Source: Balanoglossus misakiensis (lineage: Eukaryota > Animalia > Hemichordata). Taken from it: a DNA stretch of 64,000 nt. This document shows, piece after piece, positions 37,983-50,859 of the stretch. The stretch's first letter is position 1; each line of letters starts with the position of its first letter. A program made the position numbers and the translations under genes. The stretch covers positions 5,041,672 through 5,105,671 of the forward strand of contig CM082592.2 in assembly GCA_040954595.2 (NCBI GenBank), written 5' to 3'. The notes under the pieces are model-generated. The model saw nothing but the letters and a program-made list of their open reading frames with translations. It was not told the origin of the DNA and made no database searches.

Positions 37983-40436
37983 ACCACTGATTCCCCCCCC
38001 CCCCCATCATGCAATATGGAATTTCTATTTTTGTATACTTGATAAACACGGATTTTATGCAATTACCATGATGTCATTAACGTGAAAAGTAGGAAGACCG
38101 GCTGTGCTGTTACCGAACTTCCATTTTAAGCAGTATTTTTTTTCCTGTTAAGTTCATGACAGAATGACGGTAAGAATTTTTCAATTTTTTGATAAATCTC
38201 CGGTGGCTTAGGTTGGTATGGCAACTATACTAAATGCAATAATAATAATAATAATGTCACCGCGAGAGATACTTGGATGTTAGTGATGGTACAAAATATG
38301 AAGGTAGGAGCAAGAATCTTACCAGCGTCATATAGACAAAGTGTAAACTGAAGGCACGTGGAACATATTATCATCATCAGGAAAATATATCCTCGAACAA
38401 GGACACTTATTTCCAGCAATAAAATGGGACGTCATCACTCCGACAAACGCGCAGCCCGTGAAAACAAATATGGCAATACAAACTGAAAGATATGTTAAGT
38501 AGAAGGACCCCATCAGCCAAAAGTCCAAACGAGATCTGAGACAAATTACTTGTGCTTTCAAGATGGCGTCGCTCTCTGAGTCGTGCTGTGACGATTTACG
38601 TTTGTCATGCCGGGATATTATGACTGAAGATCATTCTAAATCGTCTTTCTTGTGTTTCATTTTACATAATTCTTCTTCTGCCGCGGTTATTTTGATGAAC
38701 ATATTCAAATATTCTATGTTGTATGGTTCGACACGTTTTTGTAAATGTGTCTCCCGCCAAATGTTCATGAACATACGCTTTGTCTGATTCCCAGTTTTGT
38801 CGAAGGACCAACGTCAAACCCAAGTGACGACTGCCAGAGTATTGATTTCTGTTTTTTTTTTCATAAAAATATAAACATTGAAAAAATTAATAGTAGAAAG
38901 CTATCGCGTGTAAATACACGGTGCAGACTTCAGTGACGACGGCGAAAATGATGGCTAGAAGACGCGTAGGCTGCTTAGCTTACTACCTTTCAGTAATTTG
39001 TAATGTGTTGACGACGGCGTGTTTCATAATTGAGAGTTACTGATTAAGGAGAGTGCCTGCTCGTGCTGCCGGTGGTGGCGTTCTTGCAACACCAAAGGCT
39101 TCATGTTGAAATATGGCTCCTGAGGCCGCGGCGAATGCGCACTTCACCATCCACACCGCAATCAGACTCACTTTACAGTCACTTGTTCCAGGTTGTTAGC
39201 TAGCTATCCGTCAGATCCTCTGAAATATTTATGTTGGACTTGAGTGAGCAATATAATAGTAAGATGCTGACATAGTTGTAATATTTATATTTAAAAAAAA
39301 GTTGTTGTCGTTTTACATAACTGCTTCCGATGCTACGGCCGCGGGTACTGCTGTGTGGTCGATTCTTTGAGTTGACGGCGACTGGAGCGCCACCAACCTT
39401 GCGGGTCATGGTGGAAAACGTCACCATTTTGACCGACGAAGAATCAGGACGTTGTGATAGTGTATATTTGAATACTGAACAGTTTTACATTGATGATAAT
39501 TTTGGAATTTCTCCTCTCCAATACAGCATTTAGATTGTGATGATCAATTTACACATGCTTTCAGTGGACCGTCTTTGAACTTGATATGCAACCATTTCGT
39601 CATTCGAGAGAAACTGCGATTATTACATATTCAGCAATAATATTTTTTTTCGATGAAACAAATGAATTGTTTTTTTCATGCAGTCGAATTTGACATCACC
39701 CTAAGCCGTATAACGCTTGGTCACGGTGAACGAAAACCTACATTTTACCACACGTAGGTTACTAGAAACAGTTTGCTATCGATGTTGGCGACTGGCAGTT
39801 TTTTATTGTACAGTGGGGAAAGTGGACATGCTTTTGACATACATGTCTTTATTTTCTGTCCGAGCGTCAAATCTCTCTTTTTAAAGTTATGGTACGTTTT
39901 TGTGTACATGTAGTCCTGTAGGCTTTGGGCGTAGACGTCCAGATGACTAAAACGATCATGCGGCAACGGCCCGATATATGTGTGCCAAATTGTGTGTGAA
40001 AAAATTCAGTCAGTTGTACAGCCTTTAGTTAATACGACGATACACGAAATTTAGTACCAGTCGCGGTGTGATAATAGTTTCCCTCCTGCATTTCCCGGTA
40101 TAGTTTTTGCGGAAAGATTGGTAGTACGTGTACCTTTGCAGCCTTCTGATAGCGCCGAACACCTACAGCACCAATTCCCGCATAGAACGAGATCTCGCAG
40201 CATACACAACAACTGACGAAGCCAAAAAGCAGCGCCCTCTTTCCCCCAGACGCCTACATTATCCTCACGAGATAATTTTTTTTCACTTTGAGCCAACTTT
40301 GTGTGCTAACCTATTTAACGTTTGAGTAATTAAATAAAATGTGTAAATTTTTGTCTTTTGGTCTTTTGATTGGACTAAAGCAATTCTTTATGTAAAGATT
40401 TATTGTGTTTTTATGAATAAATGCTAATTATTATCC

Positions 40437-40550
<114 letters not shown>

Positions 40551-41787
40551 TTTTCATTATGGCTGCGCTGGGTTAATGCAATATGCGATTGGTTTCGATT
40601 ATCATGTGCTCCTGTTTCTATTAACCATGACCCATGAAGATGGTGTTATGTCTAAGCGTTAAATTGAGCAATCAGAGAAGGAAACTTTGAACAGAGACAT
40701 AGCGGCAATTGCGCATTCTATTGATATTCACAGCCTATTCAGAAATTCAAAATTGAATTTCAATACAACTGGCGTCATTTAGTCCCAGAGGTCGAACGGA
40801 TCTAACAGTCGACGTGTCTTAAATAGAAACGCTGTGATCTGTTTTACATGCAAAAGAAGTCTAATTATTCGGATGGGCTGGGTTCACCAATATGTTACTT
40901 TTGACACCAATTGCACGGAATTTTTTTGCGAATCCTTTATCGGGAAATTTCAATCAGAAAATTTGGGCGCCGTTCCCCTGGGGGTTGAGAGTGAGGCTGG
41001 AGTTAATGGAGCGTGCGGTATCTCTTTGACCTTTGACCCCGCGCCATATTGAAGAACAAATTTCATGCCGTGTGCCGCGGGGCCAACTACTTATCGTATA
41101 TAAAGTGGTGCACTTCTAAACAGTCATAGATAACGGCGTGGACTAGTCCATTTTAATGTTCCATGTACTTGTTCATACAGCGTGATCTTTGATTCCGCGA
41201 TTGTACAAGCGCCAAGTACTTTCACAAGGGCAATGCGTTATTAACCCCGGGGGAGGGCAACAGCTAGGTTAAATCAACAGCCGATGAGAGTCTAGTGCCA
41301 TTGTTTAACCTTTAATCACGCGTGGCATAGTCTTCCCCGGGAAAGACACAGGAGTAGGCCTTCTTCGATTAATCTTGTCTGTGGTGATACCCCACCCACC
41401 ACAGCGTGTGGAAGAGAAATTGCTTTACAATTTGTTTAGTTTTTCAGTAACAGTACGAACAATTTCTCATTACGTGACTTGTTAAAATATAAGCATTGGG
41501 AAATGTTTTACTTGATACTTAAGGTTTTTGCCCCCATGAAAGTCCTATAGCCTGTTTCAAACGGACGGGCCAACTGCAAAAGTTAGTGCGAGTGTGTATA
41601 ATTTAAGTTCCGATCGCATCCAGGCAGGGTAGACGCCATGATACCTGTAAAGCGCCCACACGCGTTCTCTATAACGCCAAGTCTTGGAGATTTGGGCTCG
41701 AGCAGTTAGACATTTAATCGGTCTTAACAAACTGGTTTTGTTTTTGAAGAGCGTTTCCATGGCAAAAGAATCATGCTTTGGCCTTAA

Positions 41788-42284
41788 AAGCACGTAAGCT
41801 GCAACTGGATAAAAAATTAAAGTTTTAAATAATCTCATATATGCTTTTAATTATGTCTATTAAATGATATTTTGTGATAATATATCAAGCTCAACACTTA
41901 TTTATGACAAAATGGCCAAAAATTAAAGAAAAACGAAAATTCCTGCAATTTTAAAAAAAGTGCAATATTGCAAATGAAAATCGGATGTCTCAGTGGTGTA
42001 CATTTACTTCCATGAGCTCAAGTGGATGAGATCATGTTTTGTTTATGAAGTTTCACAACCGGAAATGCGACATTTTCATTGTTTCTTGCATTTTCCCACG
42101 GTGGCGGCCATAATTGCTTGCGGCAAAGCTTTATTATTTATCTGGTTAAAACTTGCATATGCACTCATATTTAGGGTTTATAATGCTTGTGTATAGTTCA
42201 CTGCCTTCATCTGCATGGACTAATAGTAGTGCAGTTTGAAACAAAAATTATGAAAATATCCCCAAAGTTACAGCTTACGTGCCT
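41788..42284. mobile_element. MITE with TTAA target duplication (Kolobok-like termini)
   Basis: Left end TTAA-AAGCACGTAAGCTGCAACT, right-end reverse complement TTAA-AGGCACGTAAGCTGTAACT (17/19 TIR identity). AT-rich non-coding interior. TTAA plus RR termini fits Kolobok better than piggyBac (CCY). Confidence 0.8.
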
Positions 42285-43434
42285 TTAACCTAACATTGCG
42301 TTCATCGGTGAACAAAGAAGAAACGAAATCCCAGGTTAAAACAGAAACATGCAGGAAAGAGATGACATATTTCCTCCTGGGAGTGCCTATGTTCGCCGTA
42401 CCAATAATTCTCAATGGGTTAACCTCAAATGCACCAGACAGACTGCGTCAAAGATGTTTTTATTTTTCCCCTTTAGCAAGTAAACTTACTCGGAATTTAT
42501 TGAAATGTCGATTGCCGAGAATTGGGTCAGTGGTAGTCAGGCGCAGTGCGCGCGTTAAACTTTTAGTAACTACATCAGAGATGCGGAGATAAAATGGCGA
42601 CTGTTCCGAACGATTTCGAGTCTTGGCTGGCACTCGCTCGTGTCAGATAGTTTTGGCCTTGCAACGTTCGTACGTAAGTTAATTTCTATGTATATATGGT
42701 ACTCATCTAAAATTAGATCAGACACAACATATTAAGACCACTATATATGACACGTAACATCCTGTCCTCCAAGAATAGTTGACTGCAACTGCCCTGGTGT
42801 TTTTGTAATGGCCCTTTAACTATATAAATATCACATTTTTTTCGCTACCTTGGACTAAGTTGACTTTAAAGTTACAAGCAATCGAGGCAATTACCGAACA
42901 ATCACGTGACCGGCGTCGTCAATCACAGCTTTCATTCGCCTGTTTTAGATATCGCACGTAAATGTGACAACGGCGACGCGCTTGCAATTGTATTTGTTCA
43001 CTTTCATCTTGCTTGCATGCATGCATGTGACACGGTGAAGCCAATTTCAATATAGGCTACCTGAATCGCGAAGCGGATTTACGCCTGCGCCGCTGGGTAA
43101 ATTACCGAGGGGGTGAAATCGCGATAAATAGAATTTCCCGGAGAAGCTGTAACGCGCGGCGTTTTACATAAAATTAATGCGAGGATTGAGACTGCCAGGT
43201 ATACGTGTCAAGAAGCTGAGGGAATTCTTTGTGTTCTCCGAGGCGAACGAGGACGGACGTGTCTGTACCCTTCTCCTCTCCATCCCGTCTGTCACGGTTC
43301 TGTGCGCATATTGAGCTCCTCTCGTGTCATTGTCATGTCTCCGGAGTCAACGACGAAGATTATTGTGATTTCTTCCCTTCTGCCTGGAATTTACTTCTGA
43401 CGTCGTTCTGTGTCAGCTCTCTCGCCGCCGAGTG

Positions 43435-43528
43435 ATGATGATGATGATGATGCCGACACTGCAGCGAAGTGCTTTCGCCATCATCTCCGTTTTCCCGAAA
43501 CACTTACTGATATTCGCTCTGGTCACTG
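43435..43528 (+). CDS. nAChR gene 2, putative exon 1 (MMMMMMPTLQRSAFAIISVFPKHLLIFALVT, signal peptide)
   Basis: (ATG)6 run, hydrophobic stretch and a phase-1 donor G|GTAAGT compatible with the phase-1 exon at 46967. The upstream region is CpG-rich. Which ATG initiates is unknown. Confidence 0.75.
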
Positions 43529-45510
43529 GTAAGTTACTAAAATTTAATTTCTGAAGGTTTACAGCATCGTTCAATCATGCATGCGCTGAATTTATACGTG
43601 ATCGTATACCGTAGCCTTCGTAGATTCCAAAGGTAAAATGCGTTTGACGTGCGACGGTATGTTTTCGCTTGAGTAACTGCTCTGAGAAGCTGATGCGTAT
43701 AGTTGGTGTCTGTGTGTCTGTCAGTGTGCGGATCTGAGATGAAAATCGCTTTCCTAATCATGTCAATCGTGGCAAGTTAAGCGACGCCAGTATATGTAAT
43801 ACTCCGCGGAAGAGGATTTCTCGATCAACATGATCACCGTGATGGCATTCTGACAGCTTTGCGAGTGCGCAGATTGCCCGAGCGTCCGCTGTTGGATTCA
43901 AGCGGTTTCAAAAGTAACGTCTCCCGGGAGTGTCTTGCGAGAAAGCCGTCGAAGCCGACCGCGGCTCCCGTCGGGGTCTTGCAAAGGAGCTCGACAAAAT
44001 TGAAGAATGTTCGGCGCGCTCGTAAAAAAACGTTACAGTTTAATCAAGCCTCGGTTTATGGGTTGGAAATCGATTTCGCCGAGAAGAGGCGAGAGCTATG
44101 CGAGTGTATGAAACGCGAATTCAGCCGACGCCGAGTTCACGTCTGCGCACTCATCACCACTCCGACACTATATACAGTCAACAAATAACTTTCCCCAACG
44201 CTGCGCTTAATTACACTCTTTTTGAAAATTTGTACACCAATGTGAGCACCATTATTTCGATTAACCCAGTCCACTTTGAATTGAACGGAGATGCACGCAC
44301 GTAACCTCTCCCAACTATGCACCGTTTATAAATTTTATTGAATCAACGCTAAAATACGCGGTTCGGGTTAGAGTAAATCGGTCGAGACTTGCCGCTGGAT
44401 GAATCGAACACTCTGTGACGTTAAATGCGTTTCACTTAAAAAGGTGTGCTTTTCATCAAGATTGAATTTGCTTAGAACATCAGGTCGACATTTCGGAAGG
44501 CACTCGGTGTAAACTGAAGTTATTCATCAGCGTATTTCAATTATCGCAAATTAATTAATGATAATTGAATCGTTTTGCTAAGAGCTTTTCAGATATTTTC
44601 ACCAAAGGAAAACAGTAGCATTAGACTCAGTATTTTCCACAATTTTTTTGAACCCCTAACTGAAAAAGTAGGATGGGAACACCCCGTTTCCGCTCTCTAT
44701 TTTTGTACTAAAATTCATCGATATACTTTAAATATAACATCTGGAAAATGACATTATTTTCAATTTTAAGTAGACCTCCACCTTAATGTTCCTTTGAAAG
44801 GAGGTTACGATAAAAAAAGGGCACATTTGCTGTGACGCAAGCTTGAATTCACGAAGCAACCGTTGGAACTAGATTGATCGCGAGTGACCAAACTGTTTAG
44901 ACGACGCTGATGCATCATGTCAAACTTACTTGCATGTCATCGTTTGACATTAAATTATCTTAGTACACTAAACCTCATACACGCAGTTTACTCAGCACGC
45001 AGACCGCAGATCACAGACATGCCCCGTTTGTTTGACCTTATTTGACTCCTTGTTTAAACACTGATCATCTGGGTGCTCTGAAGTCTGAAGTTTCAATTAA
45101 CGGGAGTGTACTGATGGAGGTACTTGTATAAGCGCGAGATGAGATCATCAGTCAGTGTGTGCGCGCTGGCTTCATCAATAACGCGCTCCGATGTCCTGTC
45201 CGGATCAACCACGTCATTTCACAACCACAGGCAGTCGGATAACATGTCTCATTCAGAGAAGGTTAATAGCATCAAACGAAGCAACATCAGCGAGTTATAA
45301 GTCTCCAGTGGCAATCGTCTGCAGAGTATTCCCAATAGCGTTTAGGATTGAAGACAATAAAATTCAAGGGTACGCCGATCTTCAAGGAACTGTATTTAAG
45401 TACCGGCGGCAGGAAGTATACTAATTTCGCAAAACAATTTAACACACTCACCGGGGAAAAAAACGAGCGACGACAAAACAGGTGATAGGCAATTATGCAT
45501 GCCTGCACGT

Positions 45511-45652
45511 TTATAGATACATGTACATAGATACATAGATACATACACACATACATACACACACACATATATACTTACGTTACATTACATTGCATTACAT
45601 TACATTACATTACATTACATTACATTACATTACATTACATTACATTACATTA
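45511..45652. repeat. Compound (ACAT/AC)n followed by (TTACA)n microsatellite
   Basis: The pentanucleotide run spans about 45580-45652. Confidence 0.92.
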
Positions 45653-46084
45653 TTGCATTCAACAAGCTGTCCATGCTTATCACTACGATCGACAAGCCAA
45701 CGAGTCGCGGTAAATTATCTTAGTCCTTAATATAGGTTTGGTCGACCTTAAAGCTTTTCGATATCAAACGGTTGGGATTACTAAAATTCTGTGAGCAGAC
45801 TGCCACCATGACAAGCGACCAAAATTACAGCAGTCTTTTGTGCCCATAAGGATCGATCCAGGGCTGCTTTTAAATTGCCTGAGTAATTACATTACTTAGT
45901 CAAATAGAGATGAAAGTCGGACAGAGACAAATATCGATTTTATTCACTGTATCCTCCGGCATCAAGTCGGATAACAGAATAAAGTGGGAAAATGAAATAA
46001 TCGCTGTTATGTGCTGTGAAAGGGGAAGAAAATGCAGAAATATGTAGCTTTCGAAAGAGTACCCCATACATTACTTCTGTCTCT

Positions 46085-46170
46085 CTGTTTCATATTTTCT
46101 GTCCGTGTCTGTCTGTCTGTCTGTCTGCTTGCCTGCCTGTCTGCCTGCCTGTCTGCCTACCTGCCTGTCT
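46085..46170. repeat. (TCTG/CCTG)n microsatellite
   Basis: Imperfect tetranucleotide run. Confidence 0.85.
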
Positions 46171-46703
46171 GTTAAATTTCGAAATGATTCGTCGTGAAAT
46201 TCTACGAACATTAGAGTCATTTTATACAGCGAGTGGTTAATATTCGTATTTGCTTTCAATAATGAGATACGCGGTTATGGCTAACTTTTATTCATAGGGT
46301 CTTATGCCCTGATAAAAAGCCGAATGCGCTATGATTGATAATGGACCAGTTAAACTTTTGATATTTAGAATTAATGCATATTATACCATAACTCGGGTCG
46401 AAGTATCACCATTTCAACAGAATTAAGCTTGACGTGATTTCCAATGCATTCCCCGCCAGGCATATAGAGACTGGGTTTACACTTTCTATTAGTTCATTAG
46501 CACTACCTCAAAATGACGTCCGTCTAATTTGCAATCACTTCAAGAGTTGACTGTAAAATTTAACTGCATATAAACCTGTCCTATAATCAGTTTTGATGCA
46601 TTTTGCTTTTCATGTCGCCGCCGAGAGGTGGACAAAAGTATTAAGAAAATCGCACCCTTGGGGCCAAAAGAAAAATAACCACATTAATCAGTTGAGCATG
46701 AAA

Positions 46704-46915
<212 letters not shown>

Positions 46916-46966
46916 TAAACGTACGTCTACCACTTTTATTAACGTTTGCCATTGTTCTGTTGAGAG

Positions 46967-47106
46967 GTTGCTGTGCCTCTGAACACGAAGAAAAGCTGTT
47001 CGTAAAACTGATGGGAAACTACAGCAGCCTGATAAGACCGGTGCGAACGTCCAGAGAGATCTTAACTGTCAAGTTCGGTCTTTCCATATCCCAGCTCATA
47101 GACGTG
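46967..47106 (+). CDS. nAChR gene 2 exon 2 (140 bp; [46 protein letters not shown]); the rest of the gene is not in this window
   Basis: Same length, phase and motifs as gene 1 exon 2, with a gtaagt donor at 47107. The acceptor is atypical (ttgaGAG). Alpha versus non-alpha cannot be determined from this exon. Confidence 0.9.
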
Positions 47107-47209
47107 GTAAGTTGAGTACCGTTCAAGAACCCATGCAGACAATATATGACGCGGTTCTTTTTTTCTCAAAGGGAATATTCATATTAGGAGCTGGTAAATT
47201 CTTATACGT

Positions 47210-47400
47210 TTTCATAACCCATGAAAAATGTCCAAAAATGACAAAATCACCAAGGTTTGCAAAGTCAAGAATTTGTCATATTATGACAATTTTCATGAGC
47301 TATAACCCATGAAAAATGACCAAAAATGACATAATCACTTAAGTTTGCAAAGTCAGGTATTTGTCATATTTTGACAGTTTTCATGAGCTATATTTCAACT
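47210..47400 (+). repeat. Two diverged 88-bp satellite monomers (border subfamily)
   Basis: aacccatgaaaaatg recurs at 47216 and 47304 (period 88). The units share ccaaaaatgac and tcatatt.tgaca with the main monomer but differ in the middle. Confidence 0.85.
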
Positions 47401-47410
47401 ATTTCAAAAT

Positions 47411-50400
47411 CATGGGTTATAGCTCATGAAAATCATCCAAAAATGACAATTTTTCGACTTTCCGAAATATCAAAATTTCTTCATATTTTGACAAAAATCA
47501 TGGGTTATAGCCCATGAAAATCATCCAAAAATGACGATTTTTCGACTTTCCGAAATATCAAAAATTCTTCATATTTTGACAAAAATCATGGGTTATAGCC
47601 CATGAAAATCACCCAAAAATGACGATTTTTCGACTTTCCGAAATATCAAAAATTCTTCATATTTTGACAAAAATCATGGGTTATAGCCCATGAAAATCAT
47701 CCAAAAATGACAATTTTTCGACTTTCCGAAATATCAAAAATTCTTCATATTTTGACAAAAATCATGGGTTATAGCTCATGAAAATCATCCAAAAATGACA
47801 ATTTTTCGACTTTCCGAAATATCAAAAATTCTTCATATTTTGACAAAAATCATGGGTTATAGCTCATAAAAATCATCCAAAATGACAATTTTTCGACTTT
47901 CCGAAATATCAAAAATTCTTCATATTTTGACAAAAATCATGGGTTATAGCTCATGAAAATCATCCAAAAATGACAATTTTTTGACTCCCCGAAATATCAA
48001 AAATTCTTCATATTTTGACAAAAATCATGGGTTATAGCCCATGAAAATCATCCAAAAATGACGATGTTTCGACTTTCCGAAATATCAAAAATTCTTCATA
48101 TTTTGACAAAAATCATGGCCCATGAAAATCATCCAAAAATGACGATTTTTCGACTTTCCGAAATATCAAAAATTCTTCATATTTTGACAAAAATCATGGC
48201 CCATGAAAATCATCCAAAAATGACGATTTTTCGACTTTCCGAAATATCAAGAATTCTTCCTATTTTGACAAAAATCATGGGTTATAGCTCATGAAAATCA
48301 TCCAAAAATGACGATTTTTCGACTTTCCGAAATATCAAAAATTCTTCGTATTTTGACAAAAATCATGGGTTATAGCCCATGAAAATCATCCAAAAATGAC
48401 GATTTTTCGACTTTCCGAAATATCAAAAATTCTTCGTATTTTGACAAAAATCATGGGTTATAGCCCATGAAAATCATCCAAAAATGACGATTTTTCGACT
48501 TTCCGAAATATCAAAAATTCTTCATATTTTGACAAAAATCATGGGTTATAGCCCATGAAAATCATCCAAAAATGACGATTTTTCGACTTTCCGAAATATC
48601 AAAAATTCTTCATATTTTGACAAAAATCATGGGTTATAGCCCATGAAAATCATCCAAAAATGACGATTTTTCGACTTTCCGAAATATCAAAAATTCTTCA
48701 TATTTTGACAAAAATCATGGGTTATAGCCCATGAAAATCATCCAAAAATGACGATTTTTCGACTTTCCGAAATATCAAAAATTCTTCATATTTTGACAAA
48801 AATCATGGGTTATAGCCCATGAAAATCATCCAAAAATGACGATTTTTCGACTTTCCGAAATATCAAAAATTCTTCGTATTTTGACAAAAATCATGGGTTA
48901 TAGCCCATGAAAATCATCCAAAAATGACGATTTTTCGACTTTCCGAAATATCAAAAATTCTTCGTATTTTGGCAAAAATCATGGGTTATAGCCCATGAAA
49001 ATCATCCAAAAATGACGATTTTTCGACTTTCCGAAATATCAAAAATTCTTCGTATTTTGACAAAAATCATGGGTTATAGCCCATGAAAATCATCCAAAAA
49101 TGACGATTTTTCGACTTTCCGAAATATCAAAAATTCTTCATATTTTGACAAAAATCATGGGTTATAGCCCATGAAAATCATCCAAAAATGACGATTTTTC
49201 GACTTTCCGAAATATCAAAAATTCTTCATATTTTGACAAAAATCATGGGTTATAGCCCATGAAAATCATCCAAAAATGACGATTTTTCGACTTTCCGAAA
49301 TATCAAAAATTCTTCATATTTTGACAAAAATCATGGGTTATAGCCCATGAAAATCATCCAAAAATGACGATTTTTCGACTTTCCGAAATATCAAAAATTC
49401 TTCATATTTGACAAAAATCATGGGTTATAGCCCATGAAAATCATCCAAAAATGACGATTTTTCGACTTTCCGAAATATCAAAAATTCTTCATATTTTGAC
49501 AAAAATCATGGGTTATAGCCCATGAAAATCATCCAAAATTGACGATTTTTCGACTTTCCGAAATATCAAAAATTCTTCATATTTTGACAAAAATCATGGG
49601 TTATAGCTCATGATAATCATCCAAAAATGACAATTTTTCGACTTTCCGAAATATCAAAAATTCTTCATATTTTGACAAAAGTCATGGGTTATAGCTCATG
49701 AAAATCATCCAAAAATGACGATTTTTCGACTTTCCGAAATATCAAAAATTCTTCATATTTTGACAAAAATCGTGGGTTATAGCTCATGAAAATCATCCAA
49801 AAATGACGATTTTTCGACTTTCCGAAATATCAAAAATTCTTCATATTTTGACAAAAATCATGGGTTATAGCCCATGAAAATCATCCAAAAATGACGATTT
49901 TTCGACTTTCCGAAATATCAAAAATTCTTCATATTTTGACAAAAATCATGGGTTATAGCCCATGAAAATCATCCAAAAATGACGATTTTTCGACTTTCCG
50001 AAATATCAAAAATTCTTCATATTTTGACAAAAATCATGGGTTATAGCCCATGAAAATCATCCAAAAATGACGATTTTTCGACTTTCCGAAATATCAAAAA
50101 TTCTTCATATTTTGACAAAAATCATGGGTTATAGCCCATGAAAATCATCCAAAATTGACGATTTTTCGACTTTCCGAAATATCAAAAATTCTTCATATTT
50201 TGACAAAAATCATGGGTTATAGCTCATGATAATCATCCAAAAATGACAATTTTTCGACTTTCCGAAATATCAAAAATTCTTCATATTTTGACAAAAGTCA
50301 TGGGTTATAGCTCATGAAAATCATCCAAAAATGACAATTTTTCGACTTTCCGAAATATCAAAAATTCTTCATATTTTGACAAAAATCATGGGTTATAGCT

Positions 50401-50859
50401 CATGAAAATCATCCAAAAATGACATTTTTTCGACTTTCCGAAATATCAAAAATTCTTCATATTTTGACAAAAATCATGGGTTATAGCTCATGAAAATAAT
50501 CCAAAAATGACGATTTTTCGACTTTCCGAAATATCAAAAATTCTTCATATTTTGACAAAAATCGTGGGTTATAGCTCATGAAAATCATCCAAAAATGACG
50601 ATTTTTCGACTTTCCGAAATATCAAAAATTCTTCATATTTTAACAAAAATCATGGGTTATAGCTCATGAAAATCATCCAAAAATGACATTTTTTCGACTT
50701 TCCGAAATATCAAAAATTCTTCATATTTTGACAAAAATCATGGGTTATAGCTCATGAAAATCATCCAAAAATGACGATTTTTCGACATTCCGAAATATCA
50801 AAAATTCTTCATATTTTGATAAAAATCATGGGTTTTCATATTTTGACAAAAATCATGGG
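47411..50859 (+). repeat. 88-bp satellite, forward arm (about 39 monomers)
   Basis: Consensus CATGGGTTATAGCCCATGAAAATCATCCAAAAATGACGATTTTTCGACTTTCCGAAATATCAAAAATTCTTCATATTTTGACAAAAAT, starting at 47411, 47499, 47587 and so on. Confidence 0.98.

Noticed and set aside
48058-48294. ORF with a 27-aa repeat inside the satellite
   Set aside because: A by-product of two 81-bp deletion monomers (a multiple of 3, with the stop-containing core removed).
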